Source of the DNA: Octopus bimaculoides
Lineage: Eukaryota
Length of the DNA stretch: 57,055 bases
Direction: 5' to 3'
Assembly (NCBI RefSeq): GCF_001194135.2
Contig: NC_069001.1
Coordinates: 28,931,133-28,988,187 of the forward strand
The notes under the pieces are model-generated. The model saw nothing but the letters and a program-made list of their open reading frames with translations. It was not told the origin of the DNA and searched no databases. Of the stretch, positions 37,235 to 49,724 are shown one piece after another (position 1 is the first letter of the stretch; every line of letters starts with the position of its first letter). The translations under genes were made by a program, and so were the position numbers.

Positions 37235-37420
37235 TCCAAATCCAAGCAAAATGCTTAGCGGGATTTCGACCGTAATTATGATCCGAGCTCAACATCGGTC
37301 GAGGTCGACTTTGATTTCATGATTCCGGGGTTCGATGCATCAGTGGATCACTTGGTTCGATGTAATCGACGTATCCACTCAACAGATATTATTGGCATGG
37401 CACCAAAATTTGAAACAAAT
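37235..37420 (+). mobile_element. Family C SINE
   Basis: AAAATGCTTAGCGG..GAGGTCGACTTTG..CCGGGGTTCGAT..GGTTCGATGTAATCGAC..CCAAAATTTGAAAC. Confidence 0.65.
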
Positions 37421-37524
37421 AAAACGGTAAAAAATTTTTAAAAAATTCTACGAAATTGATCCAGCTGGTAAAATTAATATCAAAATATATTTATAATCAT
37501 ATTCTTCAATTTTGAATAACAATA

Positions 37525-37565
<41 letters not shown>

Positions 37566-37845
37566 TAATAATAATAATGCATTCGATAATTTAGTTCAAG
37601 ATACATTGTACAAAATGAAATGAAAAATTAAAGAACATGAATAGTCACGAACTGAACGATTTGCTTCAAGTCAGGCCTAGGCGCTGAAGCAAAGAAAGCT
37701 ATCACCAACAAGGTAGAAAAATGAGGGGTATGGTGAGAGTGAGTGTTAGAGAGTGAGAAGTGAGAGTGAAAGAGTAGAGTGTGTGTGGATTTGCACCCAC
37801 AGTCAAAATTTAATATTTTCAGAAAGAAAACATGTATACACGAGT

Positions 37846-37891
<46 letters not shown>

Positions 37892-37901
37892 NNNNNNNNN
37901 N

Positions 37902-37937
<36 letters not shown>

Positions 37938-40339
37938 AAATCAGTGAATATTATTATGAATGCAGCCGCTAGTGGTTTAAAAATATAAGCAGACAATAAA
38001 CCATCTCTTACGTATGTGACATTCATAACTATACACTAGAGGCAAAACACAATATTGTTTACGTACTAAAAATAGTAGCTATATTCGGAAGTCACAAAGA
38101 AATGAGTACATGTAGAAATGTAAATGTTAATATTATTCTATTTATATAAAATGGAATGTTTGACTTAACGAAATGATATATGCAATTAACCGAATTTCAT
38201 GTTTATTGTATTTGCCTCTAGTTGGCAAAGTATTCTGCAGACGCATGTGAGTGAATGGTAGTCTTAAGGTTGAAAAGTCTGCGCCCGCAATTATCCAAAA
38301 GAGATCTGAGGCTCTTCGATGGTTTCCGTCGTCCCACTTGTACAATGCCTCTTCTGTCGATCCGTAACTAATGTTACAACCTCTTAGATATATTGCCTCA
38401 GATAGTGGGATTGAACTAGCGTCTTCATGTTTTCGAGGTTTACTTCTTAACCCTGTCACTCCTTATTTGCGCGATAGCCAGAACAGGTTGAACCTCATTT
38501 CTACCAGATTCATGGTAAACTGGTAATGAACGACATACACAGAAAAAAGATGCAGTTGATACTATCCGTTAGTTTGCCTGCAATCGTTACTCTTGAGCTG
38601 TATACACGACAATTTATGCTTTTGTTCAGGAACCCTGATGGAGGGTAATATTAGATAAAAGTGTACATGTCTGATATGATAAAACATTGTAATCAGCAAT
38701 AAAATGATAACTACGGTGCAACGATAGTACATTTGAGGTGATGGAGTGTACTCGATATCTGCGACTGCATAACTTGANNNNNNNNNNNNNNNNNNNNNNN
38801 NNNNNNNNNNNNNNNNNNNNNNNNNNNNNNNNNNNNNNNNNNNNNNNNNNNNNNNNNNNNNNNNNNNNNNNNNNNNNNNNNNNNNNNNNNNNNNNNNNNN
38901 NNNNNNNNNNNNNNNNNNNNNNNNNNNNNNNNNNNNNNNNNNNNNNNNNNNNNNNNNNNNNNNNNNNNNNNNNNNNNNNNNNNNNNNNNNNNNNNNNNNN
39001 NNNNNNNNNNNNNNNNNNNNNNNNNNNNNNNNNNNATATATATATATATATATATATATATAGACTCTGATATTAGATAAGATTGTATCTTATCAGTTTC
39101 ATCTTCCCTGTAGTAGATGTATGGGTGGTTCTGTTTATATCTTTTGATTTCAATGTTTAAATGTTTTAGTATATAAACTTTTCAATGTCTAAATAAACAG
39201 AAATGAAGAACATTATAAACGAGTATATGAGATGAGTAAGACAAATATTACGAACCGAATTCAATGCCAAGAAGAAGGTTGTAGACATAAATATGATATC
39301 CGTTGCAGTTATAAACGGAATTCCTAATACGACTGAGTGCGGAGTCATTAAAATAAAACGTGTAAAGAAATAGGAAAGAAAATAATAAAAGTATGATGCA
39401 TATTCTTGGAGTCACAGTAATAATTGAAATTTAATTCCATGCCAGAAATTATACGATAAGGATGAATTTTATTTGAAAATATAAATATAATATATACAAC
39501 ATACTATGCATTCAGGAAAAAAAATATAGATATAAAAACAAATAATTTTATGACGTATGGAAATCATAATGATATTATTAAAAAGTGACTGGTCCCGAAT
39601 TACGATCATAGTTACAAGGTACAATAACAAAGTCGAGGAAAATAAATGTTTCGCAATAATATTTTGATGGTAATGGTAGTGAAGAAATTTAATAGCCAAA
39701 AATATCAGGACACACCTGATAGCGTAAAAATTCCAACATCGTGATGCTGATACCTATCCCCTGAAGACGGACAATGTTTTTCATACAATTAGTAAACTAT
39801 TTCAAAATAACTGCACTGGCTCTATGAGATACAGAAAAAAGAATATAAATAAACTGGTTACTACGATAAGAGAAAAGAAAAGTTTTAATTCAAAACATAC
39901 GCACACATTTTCACACGCATGCAAATATGTATGTACATACATACGTTTATTTATATTTTTATATGTATACGTATATGTGTGTGTTTGCTTCTTCCTAGGT
40001 TTCCAAAGAAAGAGTCAAGCTATGTAGAAGCTATTTACCACTTTAGTAAATAACAGAGAGAAATAAGATCAGGTCAAGATAAATGAAAAGGTAAATTAAG
40101 AAAAAAAATAAAGATAAAAATCGAAAATAGATAAAATAAAACGTGAGAGAAAAGCGTCGCCATTGTCAAAGAGTATCCTGTGAGACTGGACACACAGGAA
40201 GTGGACAATATGAAAACTAACAAATATTCAACTCTGGACAAAAGGGAAATAAATGGAGAAGAGATTTTATGTGTATAAGATAAATGCAGATACAGAAAAA
40301 ATATCGAAAACAATAAAGTAAAAGGTTAAGGACAATTGA

Positions 40340-40890
40340 TGAATCTACGATCAACATAAAAGAAATACTCGATCATGTGATTTCCGGTGCATCAATTCTT
40401 ATAAAGGTAGGATATATAGCCAAAGACATGACCGAGCAGTTAGCAATATGCATTGGACATTATGGAAACCCTGTCACATACAATCTGAAAATAAATAGTT
40501 GAAGCACGCACCACATCCGTTAGACGACAATGGCATGTTTTCGATGACATGGTCAGAATTAACATAGAGATCAAGAAACCTAGATATTATTAACAATAAA
40601 AGAAAGGAAAACGTATGCATTTTGATGGACATTTTGATTCCTATCGAACAAAACTTAGAACGGAAGGAAGCAGAAAAGATATATCGAAGCTATATTTAAG
40701 TCGAAAATGAAAATAAGCATGTTGTCGGGTATGGAATACAAAACAACAACATCAAGAGTATTTATTGAGCATATAAAAAGTAAAGGCACAATAGTCTCAC
40801 ACACACCATGAATTCTTCTAATTTTACACAGAAAATCGAAACATCGCCAAAAGTCATTGTCTGCCGTATACACAGTGACAATTCAATATT
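40340..40890 (+). mobile_element. R4/Dong-like non-LTR retrotransposon relic (zinc knuckle + restriction-like endonuclease)
   Basis: Frameshifted ILDHVISG, QRHDRAVSNMHWTLWK, RNLDII, KENVCILMDILIPIEQNLERKEAEKIY. These match the RLE consensus ETIDHIISGC..RHD.V..IHW.LC, RPDII, C.LIDVSIP..N..KE.EK..KY. Confidence 0.72.
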
Positions 40891-41339
40891 ATAGCGCAGT
40901 TTACATATTATATATAGTTTACAATAGGTTTTCAGTTCCGCAGTTGTGTTCAAAAAGCGCAAGCAAGTACGACAGAGAGAGCATAGTCTAAAGTGTCAAA
41001 AATATACTGAATGAACAGCTAAAAGTATATATGGAAGGTGTGATTTTAGTTAATGAGGATCATTATTTTTCTCAGAAAGAGAATATTGAAAACAACTTCT
41101 AACCTCATGTACAGACAATGCACGCATTGCATTTGGATATTTGAACACGTCGTCCAAATGACGTATCTTAGCCTCAGCGTGGTCAAATTATTATAATAGA
41201 CAACATCATGTTAGCATCAATATCCAATGGATTATTGAGTAGTATATAGAAGTGAAAACGGATAAAAAAGTGAAGCAAATATGTTGAAAACTGTATAAAT
41301 TAACAGACAAGGTGAACTCTGAATATATGGGGCGGTTTC

Positions 41340-41860
41340 TTTTTATGTTGTTGGTGTTCCTGGTTGTGATATATGCTGTGTTAGTGTGTTTTGTGTAGTG
41401 TGTGTTTGGGGTACAATGTCTGTTTTATTATTCCTCCTTTTCTTTTTTGGGCTTTCAGGAGTATATTTACTGTTTACTTTCTCTTCCTTTTGGATACTTC
41501 TGTAAATCTCCCTTCTTCTGTGTCCTCCAGTCATTTCCCTATGACTTCCTCCGTTGCTACCTCAATCTTCTTACTGGTTGTGGTTCTGTAAACCACTGTC
41601 CTCCTTTTAGTTTTCTTGACTATTTCCTTTGGACGAGTCAACTTTAAAATTGAACCCCTCTTCCAACATCTCAGGTCCAATTATGACTTCCTGCACCTGC
41701 AGCGTATTCGTTGCAGTGGTATGGACCCGCACCGGTTCAGAATTCATTTTTTTCCGACTCTCTCCCCCACCCATTTTTGGGGGAAGAAAACAAACAAAAC
41801 ACAAGCCCGCAGGCAAAACGGCAACATTATTCAAAAAAATTCAACGCCTTCGACGATAGG
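41340..41860 (-). mobile_element. Possible LINE ORF1-like relic
   Basis: Purine-rich minus strand with KEIVKKTKRRTVV and EEGRFTEVSKRKRK, similar in character to 13385-14030. Interrupted by stops. Confidence 0.3.
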
Positions 41861-42084
41861 CAAACCTACAAGTGAGAATCTTCAACACAAGATAACAAAA
41901 AAAATATCCGCAAATTACACGACAAACAACGTCAACTAACGACCCTCTGACAGTTCTTATTTATTCTTATTTATTGTAATCGGTTATTCCACCCACAGTC
42001 ACATGGGGGTGTTCAAGATTTTCCCATAGCAATATCTGTCACGACTGGAGATCAAGGCAAACAGTTCATATATAATTGTTTCAC

Positions 42085-42550
42085 ACATTTCATAAATATG
42101 GCCAGTCAGTAATTTCAGGGTTAGAGTCAGTAATTTCAGCGTTAGTCGATTACAATGATCCTGGTATATAACTAATACCTTGTTTTATTGGTCTAGGAAG
42201 GAGGAAGGCATAGTAAGCAATATTAGAATTCAGAACGCTAAAATTTGGAAGAAATGCAGCTAAGCTTCATATTTCTTTCTGACGCGCAAAAGGTTTTGCC
42301 ATCTTGCCAACTTCTTTCAAGATATCATTATACTTTCTAATTTCGCCATAAGGTCAGCAATTTGAAAGGAAATAGAAAGTCGATTACATCGAGTCTAATA
42401 CATGATAGATACTTAATTTTATCTACACCGAAAGGAAGAAAGGTCAGTTTAAACTCGCCCGGATTAGATGTCAGAAAGCAGACAAGCGGAAAAAATGCCG
42501 ATAAGCATTTTCTAATTTTTTCGATGATTCTGTCAGCTCACCGCTTTCTT
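42085..42550 (-). mobile_element. Two tandem family C SINE copies (~42085-42310, 42370-42550)
   Basis: AGTCGATTACA.., GGAAGAAAGG.., GCCGATAAGCATTT..GATTCTGTCAGCTCACCGC. Confidence 0.65.
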
Positions 42551-43389
42551 TCACGATATAATTAACACGAACTGCTCCCTAACAGATATCGCGATCTGTT
42601 TTGACAAGAAAAAAGAAAAATCATTTATAGAAAGTGGAGAAATTGTTAATATGCAAACACCTAGAGGCTGAAACTAATGAAATGCATTACTGCTGCCAGC
42701 GGCGTTATACCATTGTGGTAGCACTGGTTTTTGCTGCTGGCGGTTTTGGTGGCGACTCTATTATTAAATCTATTGCTGGTAGTATTATCATAGCTGCCAC
42801 TCTTTGTTAAAAATCATGACTGTACTGGTTGCCTTTCAGTGACAGTATTATTGAGACATGTCCCTTGCGTTTAGTTGTAAAGTTTTCAACGTCACCAGAT
42901 TCAGCAATGTTGACGTTGATGTTTCTTGTTCTGATAATATGCATGATGGTACAGATAATAATAAAGAAACCGTTCGTCTTGCATTCCGCATCTTTTACTC
43001 AATCTCTAATTTGAAATTATTTTGCCACCATTTTTTTTTTTTTTTTTTTTTTGGTAAATTGCATAGAAAATCGTTTATAATATCAAAAATCTTGTCGTCT
43101 GATATCATGGAATTTCGGTAACCGGCCTTTGTTTTTCTATACCTCACTTGTCCCCCAACTTATCGAACAGGAAAGGAAGAAGACACTAGATTTGGATTCA
43201 ACATGTAAAGGGTTCGGAGAAATGCCAAATGATACAAGGTCAACAACTTTTAGCCGTATTGGCTTGTACATTTTTTTATGAACCTTCTATGAACTGAAGA
43301 CAAAGTTTACCTCAGTACGTAAAAAGCCCAAAGAAATGAGGCTAATTATTGTGACCGATGCAGTAATGATTCGGCTAACTACATGCCTA

Positions 43390-43735
43390 AATACAATATT
43401 TACATTATTTACATTCGACATATATTTATCATCATCTTGTTTGTTGTAAACACATTTCGGCTGATATAGCCTCCAGCCTTCTTCGGGTGTCTTTAGGAAT
43501 TTTCGAACCTGGGTTCTCATTCCTAAGGTATTTTTAGATGTTATTATTTGTATTATTATTATTATTATTATTATTATTGTTATTATTATTGTTATTGTTC
43601 AGGTCACTGCTTGAAATCGAACTCGGAATCTCGGGGTTAGTAGAAAGCGCTCTTAACCACTACGCCATATGCCAGTGGGTATCCGTCGAATATAAATAAC
43701 GTACGTAATTCCTCGTCTTTTAAATATAAAACTAC
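43390..43735 (-). mobile_element. Composite element: inverted repeat + tRNA-like Pol III head + (AAT)n + hammerhead + inverted repeat
   Basis: A box TGGCGTAGTGG (43667-43657), B box GAGTTCGATTTC (43624-43613), (AAT)n at ~43541-43600, hammerhead-like motif at 43491-43449. Inverted repeats 43401-43419 and 43685-43703 match at 17 of 19. Confidence 0.75.
43449..43491 (-). ncRNA. Degenerate minimal hammerhead motif
   Basis: GACAC-CCGAAGA-A-GGCTG-GAGGCTATAT-CAGCC-GAAA-T-GTGTT. Stem II (5 bp) and stem I (GACAC/GTGTT) are intact. The core has U4C and stem III has lost three bases relative to the 11007 copy. Confidence 0.55.
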
Positions 43736-43759
43736 GAGCCTTAATGATGGTAATAATCA

Positions 43760-44465
43760 TTTCTACTGTAGGCACGAAGCCTGACATTTGGGTGAGGGGG
43801 ATAATCGATTACATCGACCTCAATACGCAACTGGTACTTGTTTATCAACCCCAAAACGTTGAAAGGCAAAGTCGACCTCGGCGAAATTTGAACTCAGAAC
43901 TTAGAGACGAGTGTAACACCGCTAAGCATTTCGTCCAGCGTGCTAACAACTCTGCCAGATCTCCGCATTAAAATAGACCCCGGTGAAATTTGAGCTCAAA
44001 ACGTTCCGACAGATAACTTGGCGCCGAACATTGTGCCGGCATGCTAACGATTCTGCTAGTTCGCCGCCTTATAATCACGATCTTTATTTCTACTAAAAAG
44101 TACAAGTCCCGAAATTCATGGGGAGTGTCTCACTGGCACTTAGTTAATCGACCCCGAAACGATGGAAGGCAGAAATCGACTTCGGTGGAATCTGAACTCA
44201 TAATGTGAAGACGGACGAAATCCCGCTAAGCGTTTTTTTCCGGAGTTCTAACGATCCAGCGGGCACACCGTCATATTAATACTACTTATAACTATTTCTA
44301 ATAAAGACAGAAGATCTTACATTTTGCGTGAGGGCAATAGTTGAAATCTTCTTCCTACGAATGACAGGCAAATTCTACCTCGGTTAGATTTGAACTCGGG
44401 TCATATGGCTGGAAGAGAAGTCACTAAGTATTTTTTTTTACAGCGAGTAAAAAATGCTGCCATCT
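43760..44465 (-). mobile_element. Four head-to-tail family C SINE copies (~43760-43970, 43975-44070, 44085-44275, 44300-44465)
   Basis: The GTCGAC.TCGG.GAAATTTGAACTCA and ATTCTGC.AG.TC.CCGC blocks recur on the same strand. Confidence 0.75.
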
Positions 44466-46544
44466 CGTAGCAATACTACTACTACATGTGATGATGCTGA
44501 CGACGACGTTGATGATGATGACGATGATGATAATATTATCATTAACTTTGATGATGAAATTGTTAGAATTTACAATTTCATATTAAAGATTCCAGGAATA
44601 AAAAAAAAAAAACACCAAAAAAAAGCCCATTGAGGATTCCCACATATTTTCTGTGATGTTATCTCTTCATATATATTCTATTTTTCCGCAATAATATGCT
44701 AGTTTGAATTAATATTGCTTTGCAGTGATGAAAAGGAAAAAAACAAAAAAAATCATCCATATGACAAATTGTAGATGCTAAATAATCGATATTATATTCG
44801 GCTGTATACATAATAGTAATCTCATAAATAAACGTATACACAAACACACATATAGATATTAGGACATTCGTTTATATAAGAGTTTCGTATTGTGTGAATA
44901 TATATACGTATATATATTCTCACACACACACACACATGCGTATATATATAAATGTAGAGAGACATGTTGTGTATATAGGCATGCGTGCCGTTAGTTGCCG
45001 TAGTTTTAGTTGATAGTTTTAATACTGGAAGATTAAAGAAGAACATGCGATTTCATATGCACTCATACAAGAACACACGATCATGCTGATGCAAATATAT
45101 ACATCTACTCCAATGCGCATGTAGAATTGCAAATCACAGACGAACAGAAGAAAAAAATCCAGCATCCACTTATAAGTGCACATCACTCAATCACAAATAG
45201 ATATGCGTATAACCAAGCATAGAAAAATGTATAGGATCATATGCTGGCAAACAGATTTTAATAGGAGTTGCATACCTGCTGTTATATGTTAAATGAGACA
45301 CTGAATATGTATATAGTTTGATGCTAAAGAAGTGTGCTTTGCTTTCTAGCGTAATCGATTACGCTACATAGATATATAGACCTTGACTTGAAGGAATGTA
45401 TATGTGTTATTTTTTCTACTGTGAAGGTAGGTAGGTAGAAAACACATCAGTGTGTACCTATGAGGATCGATTGCAAGCCAGGTAGAAATGAAGAGTGTCA
45501 AAAGGGATAATCTATAACAGCAATATTGCTTCCGTATTTTCTTGCCGATGTAACATTTTTTTTTTTTTATAGATGTAATAAATACCTAAGATCTATAGGA
45601 TGAATAAAACATATGCGTAGCTTCTGTCAGTAAAGTATCATCATTACATACACTAATAATAAAATATGCCTTCTCGCTCTTTTAAAAATACTAGCGATCC
45701 ACAATCCTATAGAATTCAATCTTCAGTCCCTAATTTTTTGTGTTGCATCATTTAAAGCAAATAATTCTATTATGGAAAGAATAAAGGTGAACGGTAGTTT
45801 ATCTATATACACAATTATCCTGATCATCCCTCGATCATAATCAACAATCTAATCGAAAATATATCCGTGAGATCCTTCACTCTCGCCACAAAAAATTAAA
45901 TATTGAAAAATTCATTATATTAAACTATAATACTGATACGAGAATAATTCGCAAGCAAAATGAAGTTTTTGCCGATATACAAACGGACGTAATGTATAAT
46001 TTTGGGGTAATCTACCATACTTGTCTATAATCACTCCTGTAAATAAAATGCTCTTTCTTCCGTTAAACATTTTATGTTTCCCATTTCTAAACGCTTTTGT
46101 CATTGCCTTATCGGATTCTCAAATGCTGAATCTAATTCCATTTCTATGAATTTGAATTGGGAGGTTGAGTCATAGTGAAACTTTCTTTAGCTGATTATAC
46201 AACCATGGACACCAACCCTATGGCTGCGTTGCACTTAATCTCTCCATACAGCTTGGTGATACGTGACAGGTTCACTAAATGTGTACTATACCTTCCGAAA
46301 GGGCGTCCCGTATTTGTGTAAAGGACGGTCGGCACTCCCAGACGATTTTTTAAAGTGCCCCCAGACCTAGATTTGAAAAAAGTGTGGAATAATTACAAAA
46401 TTACATGATATTATATATTACCTCACAGTGTTTTTTTTTTTTTTTTTACTAAAAATTTAGCAAATGCTTACAAACCCGATATAAATATAACTGCACCATA
46501 CTCTAGAATCCTGTGTTGAAATTTCACAGAACAAATAAACACAC

Positions 46545-46793
46545 GGTGATGTAAAAGATATACTTTCTCCAGTTATACCGAGTCATAACTGTCGATTTCC
46601 CTGCGTGCACACTCTCCACCTGGACGGGAAACAGATCTGTCGCAGGATAACTCATTTTTGCTAGCTCAGTGGATTGGAGCAATGTGAAAGGAAATGCTTG
46701 GCACAAGGACACAATGTGTCACCGGGTCCAGCAATCGAAATCACCATCTTACGATCATAAATGAGATCAACGCCCTAACCACTAAGCCACATG
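46545..46793 (-). mobile_element. tRNA/CORE-head SINE (family B head) with V-domain-like tail
   Basis: Minus strand reads TGGCTTAGTGGTTAGGGCG..TTTCGATTGCTGG..TTGTGTCCTTGTGCCAAG..TTCACATTGCTCCAATCCACTGAGCTAGCAAAAATGAGT, then TGCGACAGATCTGTTTCCCGTCCAGGTGG. Confidence 0.7.
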
Positions 46794-48610
46794 AGGTGAT
46801 GTGCTTACATCAAAGGCTTTTAATTTTAAGTTCCTGTTGAAACAAGACATGGATGCGATACATTTCAACTAGGCAACATTCTTCTGCAATTTGTAATTAA
46901 AATACAAGCAAGGACACATTGTGTTATGCTTTATTTTGAGCACAATATTAAAAATATTAAGTGATTCAAGTGTTTAATTTCTGTAATTATATATATATNN
47001 NNNNNNNNNNNNNNNNNNNNNNNNNNNNNNNNNNNNNNNNNNNNNNNNNNNNNNNNNNNNNNNNNNNNNNNNNNNNNNNNNNNNNNNNNNNNNNNNNNNN
47101 NNNNNNNNNNNNNNNNNNNNNNNNNNNNNNNNNNNNNNNNNNNNNNNNNNNNNNNNNNNNNNNNNNNNNNNNNNNNNNNNNNNNNNNNNNNNNNNNNNNN
47201 NNNNNNNNNNNNNNNNNNNNNNNNNNNNNNNNNNNNNNNNNNNNNNNNNNNNNNNNNNNNNNNNNNNNNNNNNNNNNNNNNNNNNNNNNNNNNNNNNNNN
47301 NNNNNNNNNNNNNNNNNNNNNNNNNNNNNNNNNNNNNNNNNNNNNNNNNNNNNNNNNNNNNNNNNNNNNNNNNNNNNNNNNNNNNNNNNNNNNNNNNNNN
47401 NNNNNNNNNNNNNNNNNNNNNNNNNNNNNNNNNNNNNNNNNNNNNNNNNNNNNNNNNNNNNNNNNNNNNNNNNNNNNNNNNNNNNNNNNNNNNNNNNNNN
47501 NNNNNNNNNNNNNNNNNNNNNNNNNNNNNNTATATACACATGGTAAAACATTAGTTAATATACTAATTCAAATCTACACAAAGGAATTTATAATATAAAT
47601 GAAGCTTTTAATTTATTCAAGTTAGAATTTAAGGTAAATACAGGAGAGATTACTATTATTTTTCCATTTTCAGAAACAAACCGAAAAACAAAACCACCTC
47701 CATACGGACAACATGATCTAAATAATACAACATAACCAAATAAATACAGAAGAAAAAAGTGGTTCCAAATACGAACAACGACCCAAAACAACAAATTAAA
47801 CAAGATAAACCCGCTATATCTTCATGTATACCACATTATTCATTCACTCAAATACATATACATATCGATACATATAAAAGAAAACGAAACCACCTCTATA
47901 CGGACATCGAAAAATAATCTCACTGCATACATCAAAACCAAAGTAGTACATGATAAAAATAGAAAATTTAGACAAATACATATAACAACAAGCAAGCCGA
48001 CACAAAAAAAAGTCAAAATTTAGCTAGGCCCGATCTGAACTCACAACGTAAAATGCCGGATCATATTCTGCTTGGAAATTCTCCTAGCGCTCTAACATGT
48101 CTTTCATTTTTTCCAAAGACTTCAAAAACTATGTTACACGGAGTGTTTTAAAATGCTATTCATTAAATTATATTCACTGACATTGAAAATTTATTTCGTC
48201 TTAACCACATATTGCTTCTACTTGTAAAACACTTCAATATTTCAAATCAGCAATATAACGAACACGTTAAAAGTCTAATGCGCAGTTGTAGCAACCGCAC
48301 ATGCGCACTCGCTTGATGGAAAAAAAAAAAGAAAAAAAAGAACGCATATTGCTTATTACTCTGTAAATCGAGTTTCAGCGTTTGATAAATCACATAACCT
48401 TTTGTTCCTGAATTAACAAGACAGCTTTTTACTTCTGACATTTATCAACTTGAGCACATTTCTTATTTAGACTTTATAAATTTAAACATCTTATTCTAAC
48501 CAACACACTTTCCTTCCAGTTGCTTACAAAACTTAACGTGCATCAAATGCACTTAACATTGTACATTTATTAACTATGCTATTAATTTACTACCATTTAT
48601 ATATTGTAAA

Positions 48611-48898
48611 GGCGCATGGCTCAGTGGTTAGAGCGTGCGGGTCACAATCACTAGGCACTGAGTTCGATTTCACTTTGATCTAGTTCATTTACCTGTGGAA
48701 ATGAGTTGCGACGTTACTGGTGCCAAGCTGTATTGGCCTTTGCCGTTCCCATAGAAAGCGTCGGTGGCGTGGAGAGGGGGTGTTTGCATGCATGGGCGAC
48801 TGCTGGTGTTCCATAGACAATATTGTCCGCATTTGTGCCTCGGAGGAGAATGTTATGCAATACTATGGCACTTCATGTCCGAAGGGTGTTCCTTCCAC
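48611..48898 (+). mobile_element. tRNA-derived SINE, family B head with a third tail type, internally deleted
   Basis: GGCGCATGGCTCAGTGGTTAGAGCG..GAGTTCGATTTC, then GAAATGAGTTGCGACG..CCAAGCTGTA..CATGGGCGACTGCTGG..CATGTCCGAAGGG. Confidence 0.7.
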
Positions 48899-49724
48899 TA
48901 CTAATATTAACAACATATCGAAACTATTCTCATAAATAGCGTAAATATGAATATCATACTTGTTATTGGGGATAAAAACATGATATCGTTAATATCAGTA
49001 TATAAGTAAATCAAACACGATATTATAATATGCAATAAATAACTTCATCAGTAATACAATTTACTCACAAAGTAATACTTATCTGAATTCATAAATGTTA
49101 TACATTAATTCATGTCTTCATTTATAACCTCTAACGTTGTTATATATTATTCTCCACTTGCTATTTACTAGGTTTCTACTGATTTATTTCTCAGGTATTT
49201 ATGGACGCTTTAATCATCAGCTTTTAATCGACGATTAGGAACCCAACATACATGCATATAATTTTCACCAGACATGGCAATAAATAAATTAAAGCAACAG
49301 AACTTACAATATCATATAATCCTCCTTTCTAAATTCGCAATCATCTGAGAATATCTTGCTAATAAAATTGCATTTCACCAATCTAGAATCTATTTATTAT
49401 TGCCCTATTAAAGATTTCGATCATGCATTTAGCAATATATATTAAGAACACGTTTTGTACCCGGTTGCCACTTAATATTAGGAAGATAAACATATCTAGA
49501 TAATACCTGCTGTAATTAGAATTTCGAATCGAGGAGCAAAGATATAGATACAAGGAATGTGCGCGTTTAATTTTAGCTTTTGCTTATTCATTATGATGTA
49601 GCATTTCAAGTGTTCAATGATCTTTATAGAGGGTTGGTTTGTTCTTATTGAAATTTGTCATCATTACATTATCTCTGTAGTTCATGTTTTATTAACAACT
49701 TCACGGTCAATACGAAAGGCTATA

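Noticed and set aside
38142-38459. ORF with SIPLS resembling a hAT transposase motif
   Set aside because: The similarity is five residues only, and no further hAT motifs appear in any frame.
39761-39800. CTGAAGA as a hammerhead core (also CTGATGA near 11211 and 50369)
   Set aside because: No closing stem II or GAAA downstream.
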